DNA of 64,000 bases. Origin: Opitutaceae bacterium. GTDB lineage: Bacteria > Verrucomicrobiota > Verrucomicrobiia > Opitutales > Coraliomargaritaceae. Position 1 is the first letter of the stretch, and each line of letters starts with the position of its first letter. The notes under the pieces were generated by a model. That model saw only the letters and a program-made list of their open reading frames with translations, searched no databases and was not told the origin of the DNA. The translations under genes and the position numbers were made by a program. Below are positions 51,208 through 64,000 of this stretch, piece by piece. The stretch is taken from assembly GCA_051252375.1 (NCBI GenBank), contig JBPOFY010000011.1:1-64000 (forward strand). The letters are read 5' to 3'.

Positions 51208-51348
51208 AGCGTTAGAACGCGTCCTGCGAAGGTCCCGTTCCTCGGCTTCCCGCCACCCGGCGGGTCCAACGGCTAGAGCGGCTCAGTGGCTGCTTTAGCG
51301 GTTTCGTAAACTCGAAACCCGTAAGTCGTGATCACATAATCAAACACA
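51208..51348 (+). promoter_or_regulatory. Structured 5' leader of rpsO
   Basis: Four hairpins at 51216-51240 (GCGA loop), 51249-51264, 51273-51298 and 51300-51319. Confidence 0.5.
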
Positions 51349-51636
<288 letters not shown>

Positions 51637-51652
51637 TCGAAAACAAATTTTC

Positions 51653-51693
51653 ATGCCGACCCTTGTCTTACAGGGGTCGGCATTTTGCTTTTT
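51653..51693 (+). terminator. rpsO terminator
   Basis: ATGCCGACCCTTGT-CTT-ACAGGGGTCGGCAT-TTTGCTTTTT. Confidence 0.8.
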
Positions 51694-51726
51694 AACAAAA
51701 CCTCAAAACCACCCCAGTCGCCCCAT

Positions 51727-51794
51727 TCTTAATCATAATCTTAATCGTAATTCTCCCCACAACCGAGGATTACGATTAGGAGTAAGATTAAGAC
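51727..51794. repeat. Hexamer-arm inverted repeat
   Basis: TCTTAATCATAATCTTAATCGTAAT...GATTACGATTAGGAGTAAGATTAAGA. Confidence 0.75.
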
Positions 51795-52066
51795 GGATGG
51801 CCTAAGCCTCACTTAATCACATATCACATTACTCAACATTGGACGTTGTTCCTTTAATTGCCCGAAGGGCGCCCATTAAAGAAATCCTATCAGGACAAAT
51901 TCTATGAAGAATTTACCATCTCCGCGCTACTCGCGCTCCGTCAACGTTCGACGTTCCTCCTCCGCCTTTACCGAGTGGCTCAAACCGATTTGAGTCACGC
52001 CGACACAAGTAGGGTCCTACCCCCGAACTGTCGTTGAATGCATAAAGCAAAACACAAAAAAATAGT

Positions 52067-54238
<2,172 letters not shown>

Positions 54239-54263
54239 TCGGACGTTTCAAAACGTTTACAGC

Positions 54264-54296
54264 AAAGCGGTCACCGAAAGGTGGCCGCTTTTTTTG
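54264..54296 (+). terminator. pnp terminator
   Basis: AAAGCGGTCACC-GAAA-GGTGGCCGCTTTTTTT. Confidence 0.85.
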
Positions 54297-54384
54297 CGCT
54301 TATAAATTGAACTGCTGATATACGTTAATTGATAACGCAACGAACTAAGTCCATGCAGGAGGCAAGGGCATCACGCCCTACCCC

Positions 54385-55563
54385 TTACGAATGACTTGGC
54401 ATCGGCACGTCGACTTCGACGTCGGCATCGTAATCGACACCTTTAAGACCGAAACCGAAGAGCTCGAGGAAATCGTTTTGGTAACCGGAAAAGTCGGAGA
54501 GCACGTTGAGGTTCTCGCTGGTGATGTCGGGCCAGATTTTGGCAACTGCGGCTTGCACATCGGCTTCCATTTCCCAGTCGTCGACACGAATGCGACCGAC
54601 TTCGTCGAGTTGTAGGTCGCCCCCATACATACGCTCGTTGAGCAAGCGCACCATCTGCTCGATGCAACCTTCGTGGTTACCCTTTGCCTTCATAATTTTG
54701 AAGAGGATCGAAATGTAAAGTGGCACTACCGGAATCGCGGAACTGGCTTGTGTGACCACCGCCTTATTGACCGAGACATAGGCTTCGCAATCGTGAGCTG
54801 CGGTGATGGCGGCAGCGGCACGCTCGACGTCTTTCTTCGCCTGACCGATCGTGCCGTTGGTGTAAACAGGCCATGTGATTTCGGGTCCAATGTAGGAGTA
54901 AGCCACTGCCTTCGCACCTGGTGCAAGCACGCCGGCATCGTCCAAGGCTTTCATCCACAGCTCCCAGTCTTCGCCACCCATCACTTTGACAGTGTGGTCG
55001 ACTTCTTCTTGCGAGGCTGACTCGATCGTGATTTCGCTCACCTCACCCTTGTCGGTGTCGAGTGTGCGGTTGGTGTAAGTTTGACCGATTGGTTTGAGGA
55101 CGGACTTGTAAGTTTCACCATCAGTCGGATCGGTGCGGCGTGGTGAGGCCAAGCTATAAACAACTAGGTCCACTTGCCCGAGATCCGCTTTAATCGTCTC
55201 GATGGTTTGCGCTTTGATCTCATTGGAAAAGGCGTCGCCATTGATGCTCTTCGCGTAAAGCCCTGCTTCACCGGCGGCTTTTTCGAATGCGACTGAGTTA
55301 TACCAACCCGCACTGGCTGGCTTGCCCTTCATCGAGGGGCGCTCGAAAAACACACCCAGCGTCGCGGCATCATGCCCAAAGGCGGCTGCAATACGCGTGG
55401 AAAAACCATATCCAGTCGAAGAACCGATCACCAAGACCTTTTTAGGACCACCTTCTTTTTTGGCGGCTTTCGCCACTTCGATTTCCTCACGCACTTTGGC
55501 CTCGCAGCCTGCTGGGTGAGCGGTGATACAAACAAATCCTCGGATACGTGGTTTTACGATCAT
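54385..55563 (-). CDS. fabV: Enoyl-ACP / trans-2-enoyl-CoA reductase FabV
   Basis: Motifs RGFVCITAHPAGC, GSSTGYG, YSLASPRR, VMGGEDW, VTQASSAIP. Confidence 0.94.
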   Translation of the reverse strand: MIVKPRIRGFVCITAHPAGCEAKVREEIEVAKAAKKEGGPKKVLVIGSSTGYGFSTRIAAAFGHDAATLGVFFERPSMKGKPASAGWYNSVAFEKAAGEAGLYAKSINGDAFSNEIKAQTIETIKADLGQVDLVVYSLASPRRTDPTDGETYKSVLKPIGQTYTNRTLDTDKGEVSEITIESASQEEVDHTVKVMGGEDWELWMKALDDAGVLAPGAKAVAYSYIGPEITWPVYTNGTIGQAKKDVERAAAAITAAHDCEAYVSVNKAVVTQASSAIPVVPLYISILFKIMKAKGNHEGCIEQMVRLLNERMYGGDLQLDEVGRIRVDDWEMEADVQAAVAKIWPDITSENLNVLSDFSGYQNDFLELFGFGLKGVDYDADVEVDVPMPSHS

Positions 55564-55675
55564 GGTATTCTTTCTAGTAGGTTTAAATTAAGCAGTGAAA
55601 GCAGGGATCAAAGTGGAGAGATGGCTGGCTGGCAATCGGTAATTCATAGAGAAAAAGACTCTACCAAGACGCCAA

Positions 55676-55954
55676 GCGGACGCGTGAAACGCGTCCCTCC
55701 AAAAAGTCACTGGAGGGTCGCGTTTCACACGTCCGCCGTTAATCGAATATACGCTTACGAATCGAACCAGCACATGCATGCACCCCTCCCTCTCGAAAAA
55801 GCATGACAATCAGCAGAGCTGGAAACCGCTGATGCTCGCTTATTTTCGCTAATATATAATCACTCAAATCATAAGCGTCTATCAGCGGACATAAGCGGTC
55901 GTCAGCTACGCTGCCCCACATCCAGTGCTCCCCGAAGCTAAGCTTCGAGGCTAC
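55676..55954. repeat. Repeat mosaic: GGAG pair, complete ACCGCT element, CCCGAAGC arm
   Basis: GGAG pair at 55676-55736; complete element at 55810-55915; CCCGAAGCTAAGCTTCGAGGCTAC at 55931, with a near copy at 22448. Confidence 0.8.
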
Positions 55955-55968
55955 GGAGCAATATGAAA

Positions 55969-56003
55969 CAAAAAAGGCCGCCTCCAAAATGGAAGCGGCC
56001 TTC
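55969..56003 (-). terminator. Intrinsic terminator
   Basis: AAAAAAAGGCCGCCTCCA-AAA-TGGAAGCGGCCTT. Confidence 0.75.
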
Positions 56004-56020
56004 TTGAAAGAATAAACCAA

Positions 56021-57037
56021 TTATTTAGACTGAGGCATTGGCGCTTCAATCTCTTCCATTACTGGCGGTGCCATCATCGGCGCAGGAGCAGAACCACCGC
56101 CGAAGCCTTGGCCCATCATCATGAGACCCATCATCGGCATCATCGCACCTTGAAGTGCTTGGTCAAATTGCTCTTGAGTTTCAGCAGCTTCGATTTGCGC
56201 GAGCACGCCTTCTACCATTGCCAATACACCCATCACTTGTGGCTTCATTTCAGTCACTTCTTCAGGTGAAATCGCTTCAAGTTGCGCCTTGGCGTCGGTC
56301 ATGCTTTGAGTCCAGTCAGCAGCCATTTCCGTGGGCACCCAGCGGTTTTCCACCTTGGTGAATTCGCTAGTCTCTTCTGGCTGACCTGGCGCAGTGAATG
56401 AGAGCGTGGCCATTGTGTCGTCAGACTCAACGACTGCCACAACTGCATTGCGCAGATCATCTAGGCTTGGCTGCCCCTCTTCGTCGGACAACTTGGAAAG
56501 TTCTTCAATCAACTTAGTGAGCTTCGAAACGGTGACATCACAAAACTTTTGACCGTCGAAAGACTGCAGGCCTGCGCTGGTTGCGAGATCGCTGGTGGTG
56601 ATCACTTCGATAAATTGCACAAGTGCTGGAATCCCTTCGGCCATCTTGGCGCGCTCTTCATCGGAGCTTTGCCCCAAGGATGTATTTACGATGAAGTCTT
56701 TTTGCTTACCTGCGATTTGTCCGATGCGGCCGACTAAAGAGAAGGTCTTGTTATACATTTCAGCATCGATCTTGGTGCCGGCAAGTTGAACGACGCTATT
56801 CACATCGCCTTGATAGCTAGCTGGCATGGCCTTCCAGAGGATGCCGCCGTTACCGTTGGCCAGTTCGGTCATGATCAATTTCATCGCAGCATCTGGCGCA
56901 TCAGGAATGGTGAGCTCAGCTGGCGCTTCTGGAGCCGCGGCTGGTGCTGCGGCATCGTCTGCTTTCTTACCACAGGCAGTGAAAAAGAGCGCGGAGGTCA
57001 CAAGACCAAGCAAGAGTTTTTGAATGGGTGATTTCAT
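56021..57037 (-). CDS. Hypothetical lipoprotein
   Basis: Lipobox FTAC; A/P-rich linker; mostly helical. Confidence 0.75.
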   Translation of the reverse strand: MKSPIQKLLLGLVTSALFFTACGKKADDAAAPAAAPEAPAELTIPDAPDAAMKLIMTELANGNGGILWKAMPASYQGDVNSVVQLAGTKIDAEMYNKTFSLVGRIGQIAGKQKDFIVNTSLGQSSDEERAKMAEGIPALVQFIEVITTSDLATSAGLQSFDGQKFCDVTVSKLTKLIEELSKLSDEEGQPSLDDLRNAVVAVVESDDTMATLSFTAPGQPEETSEFTKVENRWVPTEMAADWTQSMTDAKAQLEAISPEEVTEMKPQVMGVLAMVEGVLAQIEAAETQEQFDQALQGAMMPMMGLMMMGQGFGGGSAPAPMMAPPVMEEIEAPMPQSK

Positions 57038-57134
57038 AGAATCAAATATAAGGTGGGGAAGAAAACCTTCCGATTGGTATTATTGGTGGAGATAAAGAAG
57101 CCTCAGGAAATCCCCGAGGCTTCTGAAAGTAATG

Positions 57135-58094
<960 letters not shown>

Positions 58095-58187
58095 ATAAAT
58101 AACTTTGATTGGGTGAAAAGTAGTCGAAGAGGCCTTAAAACATCGGAAAACCGCACTGAGGCAAGCATTTGTCCCCAATTTCGGGCA

Positions 58188-58217
58188 TAAAAAAACACCG
58201 CAATCTACGGTGTTTTC
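58188..58217 (-). terminator. infA terminator
   Basis: AAAAAAACACCG-CAATCTA-CGGTGTTTT. Confidence 0.7.
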
Positions 58218-58240
58218 TAAAAAGTAAGGTCTGTTCCAAA

Positions 58241-58522
58241 TTATCGGCGACGTGGGCCGAAGCTACGACGTGGCGCACCGCGCTGAACAGCAGCATTGCG
58301 GAGACGATAGACGATACGTGCCTTATTGAGGTCGTAAGGGCTCATTTCCATCTTCACAGTATCACCAGTGGTGATCTTAATGAAGTGCTTGCGGAGCTTA
58401 CCGGAGATGTGCGCGAGCACCTGATGTCCGTTGGTAAGTTCCACCCGAAACATAGTGCCCGGTAGGACCGCTACGATTTTGCCTTCGACTTCGACGTATT
58501 CTTCGCTTTGTGCTTTTGCCAT
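58241..58522 (-). CDS. infA: Translation initiation factor IF-1
   Basis: Motifs [30 protein letters not shown]. Confidence 0.96.
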   Translation of the reverse strand: MAKAQSEEYVEVEGKIVAVLPGTMFRVELTNGHQVLAHISGKLRKHFIKITTGDTVKMEMSPYDLNKARIVYRLRNAAVQRGAPRRSFGPRRR

Positions 58523-58687
58523 AGATAATTAGGAAAGCGGCGAGAAAATCGCTTTACTGCCGAAAGTCAAGGATCGTTCTCGCACCACAAACGTCTGAGT
58601 ATAAAATATTTCAACATCGAGAAGTCACACATTGTGACCATTACGCTTACTTCTTAATTCATAATTCCTAATTCCTAATTCTCCTCA

Positions 58688-59236
58688 ATGGACTGCCCAT
58701 TCGAAAAAATCTTCCCCTCCGAGCTAAACCGCGATGCGGACTACTACATGACGCATGCCTACAACGAAGCGATCGAGGCGTGGAAAAAGGACGAAGTGCC
58801 CATCGGTGCGGTGATCGAGCACAAGGGTCGCGTGATCGCCTCCGCCCACAACCAATCTCGTTCCACCAACGACCCCACCGCGCACGCCGAGATCCTAGCC
58901 ATCTCCCAAGCAGCCACCTACCTCGGCGACTGGCGCCTCAACGAGTGCACCCTCTACGTGACCAAAGAGCCCTGTCCCATGTGCTCCGGCGCCATGGTCA
59001 TCGCTCGCATGGGCAAAGTTGTCTACGGTCTCCCCGACCCGAAAATGGGCTGCGTCGGCGGCGCCGCTGACCTTGGCGCCCTCCCCGAGAGCAATCACAA
59101 GTTCGAATCCGTCGGTGGCGTCCTCCAGGAGCTCAACCACGAGATACTCAAAGCCTTCTTCGATAAAAAGCGTGACGACAATAAGGCAAAGAAACTCGAA
59201 GCCGGTTCTGAAGAAAACCAAATGCCGCCGGCATAG
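58688..59236 (+). CDS. tadA: tRNA adenosine(34) deaminase
   Basis: Motifs EVPIGAV, DPTAHAE, EPCPMC. Confidence 0.9.
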   Translation: MDCPFEKIFPSELNRDADYYMTHAYNEAIEAWKKDEVPIGAVIEHKGRVIASAHNQSRSTNDPTAHAEILAISQAATYLGDWRLNECTLYVTKEPCPMCSGAMVIARMGKVVYGLPDPKMGCVGGAADLGALPESNHKFESVGGVLQELNHEILKAFFDKKRDDNKAKKLEAGSEENQMPPA

Positions 59237-59241
59237 CTGAA

Positions 59242-59341
59242 GGTAGCGGCGATTGTCCCTAATCGCCACCTGTCGGAGTCGCACGGGCATCACCGAATCA
59301 AACACACTACAAAGATTGCGGTCGGGACGACCGCCGCTACC
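59242..59341. repeat. GTAG REP doublet
   Basis: GGTAGCGGCGATTGTCCCTAATCGCC...GCGGTCGGGACGACCGCCGCTACC. Confidence 0.82.
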
Positions 59342-59460
59342 CCTAGAATCTCCATAGACTCCAACCATTACCGTCTATGAACGTTCATTAGCGGTAAAAA
59401 CCCATCGTCCAAGTCACTGAAAACCTGCGCGGACAATGTCGAAATTCCGACATCACTCAT

Positions 59461-59489
59461 TTGACAGAACGCCGATCGACACTCATCAT
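59461..59489 (+). promoter_or_regulatory. Possible sigma70-type promoter of sodA
   Basis: TTGACA-17 nt-CATCAT; the -10 box is weak. Confidence 0.35.
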
Positions 59490-59530
59490 TCCCAACTCTC
59501 TCAAGAACTAAACATAGAAAATAACTACAT

Positions 59531-60157
59531 ATGGCTCACGAATTACCAGCACTCCCATACGCAAACGATGCGCTCGAACCACACTTCGACGCTCGCACAA
59601 TGGAAATCCACCACGACAAGCATCACAATGCTTACGTCACGAATTTAAACGCAGCGCTCGAAGGCACTGGCCTTGAAGATAAGAGCCTTTGCGAAATCAT
59701 CGGCAACCTTGATGCAGTTCCTGCTGAAAAGCGCGGCGCCGTGCGCAACAACGGTGGTGGCCACGCCAACCACTCTTTCTTCTGGAAGATCCTCAGCCCA
59801 AATGGCGGCGGCGCACCTACAGGTGAGCTCGCAGCTGCGATCGACGCAGAGCTTGGCGGTTTTGACGCATTCAAAGAAGCTTTTGCTAAAGCAGGCATGA
59901 CACGTTTCGGTTCTGGTTGGGCATGGCTCATCGTCAAACCTTGTGGTTCCCTCGCAGTGACTTCGACTCCTAACCAAGACTGCCCATGCATGACAGGTGT
60001 TGCAGAAGTTGAAGGCAAACCAGTCATCGGCCTCGATGTTTGGGAGCACGCTTACTACCTCAAGTATCAGAATCTTCGCCCGAACTACATCGCAGCTTTC
60101 TGGAACCTTGTCGACTGGAGCGCAGCCGAAGAAAACTACAAGAGCGCGAAAGCGTAA
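59531..60157 (+). CDS. sodA: Superoxide dismutase, Fe/Mn family (Mn-type signature)
   Basis: Motifs [33 protein letters not shown]. Confidence 0.93.
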   Translation: MAHELPALPYANDALEPHFDARTMEIHHDKHHNAYVTNLNAALEGTGLEDKSLCEIIGNLDAVPAEKRGAVRNNGGGHANHSFFWKILSPNGGGAPTGELAAAIDAELGGFDAFKEAFAKAGMTRFGSGWAWLIVKPCGSLAVTSTPNQDCPCMTGVAEVEGKPVIGLDVWEHAYYLKYQNLRPNYIAAFWNLVDWSAAEENYKSAKA

Positions 60158-60178
60158 GTTTTCAAAAACGATTTAAAC

Positions 60179-60210
60179 AAAAGCCGTCCCAATTCGGGGC
60201 GGCTTTTTTT
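60179..60210 (+). terminator. sodA terminator
   Basis: AAAAGCCGTCCC-AATTC-GGGGCGGCTTTTTTT. Confidence 0.85.
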
Positions 60211-60239
60211 GTGCCCGTCGTAATCTACTAGGGAATGAT

Positions 60240-60335
60240 TGGAGGGCAATGCTCTGTCATTGCCGTTCGCCAAGGGCGCTCGAAATTATCTGACCGCAAG
60301 TCATACGTGCGGAAACGACGGAACGTTTCCCTCCA
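60240..60335. repeat. GGAG-tagged REP doublet
   Basis: TGGAGGGCAATGCTCTGTCATTGCCG...CGGAAACGACGGAACGTTTCCCTCCA. Confidence 0.72.
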
Positions 60336-60354
60336 GAGCCTCATTGCTTCGGCC

Positions 60355-61641
60355 CTACTTCGTTTCCGTCAGCCACTGGCTTAAAGTTTCCTCCAAGCTG
60401 GCGCCCTTCCCTGGAAACTTTTCGTGCAGATCTTTCAGCTCGGTGGGGTCATCTTTCAGATTGTAAAGTTCGGCACCGTCGGGGCCTTTGATGAGTTTCT
60501 CCCAGCCTTCGATGAGCACTCGAGCGGTGAGACCATGATCGAGATCTTCGAGCTGATCTAGATCGCTGTCGTGCGCATACACATCGACGAAAATACGGTT
60601 CCGTGCCTGCAGCTCCTTCGTGTCACGAAGGTCGAGCCCGCTCATCGCTTCGGGCACAGCAATGCCACAGGCTTTGAGAATCGTCGGTGCGATATCAATA
60701 TTGCTGGCCAGCGTTGACTCATCGCGAGCGGGTGCGATCTTACCGGCTTGGCTTAGAAAGATGGGTGTGCGTATGCCCATCTCGTAGGGCTCACGCTTCG
60801 AGCGACTGTCGAAGCGATTACGTTGCTCCGGGTCCTGAATCCACCCGTTGTCGCAAGTATAGACAAAGAGTGTGTCCTCATAGATACCCTGCTCCTTCAG
60901 GTAGTTGATCAGTTGCCCACAGGTTTGATCCAACCACTCACAGTTGGCCCAATACCAGGCGGTGGGTTCATTGGGCGCGACATCGCGGTATTTCTCAAAA
61001 AGCTCCGCAGGGGCATTATGAGGAGAGTGAGGTAAGAAGACGCCATACCAAATAAAGAAGGGTTCTTCCGCCGCGACTGCTTGATCCACGAAATCATAAA
61101 CCGGCTGCATGGTGCTGCGGCCTATCTTCAAGCCCACATCTCCATGTCGTCCTCCTTTGAGTGGGTTGCCATGAGTCATCGCTTGATCGAAGCCATGCTC
61201 CAAAGGGTTGCCCTCCCACCATTTCCCGGTTTGCAGCGTCGCATAGCCGTGGGTCTGTAATTCTTTAATAAACGACGGGTGGGTTTGCATCGGTGCGCTC
61301 ATACGCGCACGTATGGCAGCTTTGGCGCCGGGGTTCTTGGCTGCTCGCCAGCCAACAGGGTCATTGCCCCGGATCCCAGTCTGATGTGGATACAGCCCCG
61401 TCACGATACTCGCGAGAGAAGGTCGGCAGAGGGGCGCTGTCACGTAGCCGCGCTCAAAGAGTAGACCTTCGGCAGCCAAGCGATCGAGGTTCGGTGTCTC
61501 GATGTGCGGATGCCCCATAAAACCGTAATCAGTCCAGCCTTGATCATCGCTGAGTAAGAAAACGACATTCGGACGCTTCGTGGCAAAGGTGACCCCGATG
61601 CTGAGAAGTAGTAGTGCGATGAATGTCGTCGAAATCCTCAT
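60355..61641 (-). CDS. Exported S1-family sulfatase
   Basis: Motifs PNVVFLLSDDQG, TPNLDRLA, LCRPSL..IVTG, GKWW, DNG, DIAPTIL. Confidence 0.9.
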   Translation of the reverse strand: MRISTTFIALLLLSIGVTFATKRPNVVFLLSDDQGWTDYGFMGHPHIETPNLDRLAAEGLLFERGYVTAPLCRPSLASIVTGLYPHQTGIRGNDPVGWRAAKNPGAKAAIRARMSAPMQTHPSFIKELQTHGYATLQTGKWWEGNPLEHGFDQAMTHGNPLKGGRHGDVGLKIGRSTMQPVYDFVDQAVAAEEPFFIWYGVFLPHSPHNAPAELFEKYRDVAPNEPTAWYWANCEWLDQTCGQLINYLKEQGIYEDTLFVYTCDNGWIQDPEQRNRFDSRSKREPYEMGIRTPIFLSQAGKIAPARDESTLASNIDIAPTILKACGIAVPEAMSGLDLRDTKELQARNRIFVDVYAHDSDLDQLEDLDHGLTARVLIEGWEKLIKGPDGAELYNLKDDPTELKDLHEKFPGKGASLEETLSQWLTETK

Positions 61642-61730
61642 GAGGTTTTTATGGTCAGAGTCTTGCTAACTTTGACAGACCGTGCGTCGAAGGCAAACCT
61701 TCCTAGACAGTGACTATGAACAAAAAGTAT

Positions 61731-61812
61731 GACTACGAAAATCGCTGAAGTCGCGAAACGACTCTGACGTGCCTGAGTTCATTTTTTCGCGGCTTTCGTG
61801 CCTTTCGTAGTC
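61731..61812. repeat. Inverted repeat with 9-bp periodic CGAAA arms
   Basis: GACTACGAAAATCGCTGAAGTCGCGAAA...TTTCGCGGCTTTCGTGCCTTTCGTAGTC. Confidence 0.7.
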
Positions 61813-61848
61813 AAAATTTCTCGTGGCTGACAGCTTCTGCCCCCTAGG

Positions 61849-63238
<1,390 letters not shown>

Positions 63239-63252
63239 TATTCATCGCCTCT

Positions 63253-63723
63253 ATGAGTCTCGACATTCCCAGTATTCAAGAAATCGACGGTAGCGGCATG
63301 CGCTTTGCCGTGATTGCTTCGCGCTACAATGAAGCCTTGGTCGACTCCCTTGTGCGTCATGCTTGCGCCACCCTTGAAGCCGCCGGAGCGGTGACTCCTG
63401 TGATCGAGCGCGTGCCAGGTGCCGCAGAGCTGCCCTTTGCCGCAAGCACGATCGCCACCCACACAAAGTTCGACGGCATCATCGTGATCGGCGTCGTGAT
63501 TGCAGGCGACACGAACCACCACGAAATTATCGGCGATAGCACCGCCACCGCCCTGCTCGACATCAGCATCGCACAAAAAGTGCCCGTCATTAACGGCATC
63601 CTCGTCGTGAACAACCTCGCACAAGCCGAGGCTCGAGCTGGCGAAGAAATCAACCGCGGCAAAGAATTTGCCCAAGCAGCCCTTGAAATGGCCGCATTTA
63701 CAAAAAAATGGAAGACGAAGTAA
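63253..63723 (+). CDS. ribH: 6,7-dimethyl-8-ribityllumazine synthase
   Basis: Motifs SRYN, VPGAAELP, GVVIAGDT.H, PVINGIL. Confidence 0.93.
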   Translation: MSLDIPSIQEIDGSGMRFAVIASRYNEALVDSLVRHACATLEAAGAVTPVIERVPGAAELPFAASTIATHTKFDGIIVIGVVIAGDTNHHEIIGDSTATALLDISIAQKVPVINGILVVNNLAQAEARAGEEINRGKEFAQAALEMAAFTKKWKTK

Positions 63724-64000
63724 AACCAGTTAAACGCGCCTCACAGCGCCGCGAAAACCGCATGTGTGCGGTGCAATTCCTCTACCAGTGGGAACTCAAT
63801 AAACCAGAGCAACTCAACGATGCGGTCTGCACGTTTTTTGAGACCCAAGAGCAACCACGTGAATACTTCGCATTTGCTGAAGAGTTGATCCACGGCACGA
63901 TCGAACACATCGAAGCAGTCGATTTCGAGATCAAGGAACACGCCGCGAACTGGACTTTCGAACGTATCGCCAAAGTCGATCTCTCCGTGCTTCGCCTCGC
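63708..64000 (+). CDS. nusB: Transcription antitermination factor NusB (3'-partial)
   Basis: Translated by hand: MEDEVK...RRENRMCAVQFLYQWE...NWTFERIAKVDLSVLRLA; follows ribH. Confidence 0.92.
   Translation, partial: MEDEVKPVKRASQRRENRMCAVQFLYQWELNKPEQLNDAVCTFFETQEQPREYFAFAEELIHGTIEHIEAVDFEIKEHAANWTFERIAKVDLSVLRL

Overview
A 64-kb bacterial chromosomal window. The gene content, the mostly SD-less starts and the many acidic exported proteins suggest a marine Verrucomicrobiota genome of the Coraliomargarita/Lentimonas type (inference). Housekeeping genes are aspS, ffh, dapA, dapB, ruvA, rpsO, pnp, fabV, cysK, infA, tadA, sodA, tgt, ribH and nusB. They are mixed with envelope and secreted proteins: a LamG/Ca-repeat vanadium haloperoxidase, NamZ, an amidase, an LptC/LptA-type fusion, an FG-GAP protein, a 2122-aa autotransporter, DUF748, a TPR protein, a signal-peptide NiSOD and a sulfatase. 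I found no rRNA, tRNA, CRISPR array, transposase or integrase. The most unusual layer is non-coding: many intergenic regions are mosaics of at least six palindromic or periodic repeat families, nested inside one another and sometimes inserted into each other's hairpins. Other leads are a uORF plus terminator upstream of the autotransporter, a recurring DAVE[S/G] motif in that protein, a shared C-terminal domain on two unrelated exported proteins, a diverged 122-bp duplication at a gene-truncating junction, possible integron-cassette remnants, and structured rpsO and pnp leaders. All calls come from reading motifs by eye; no database searches were run.
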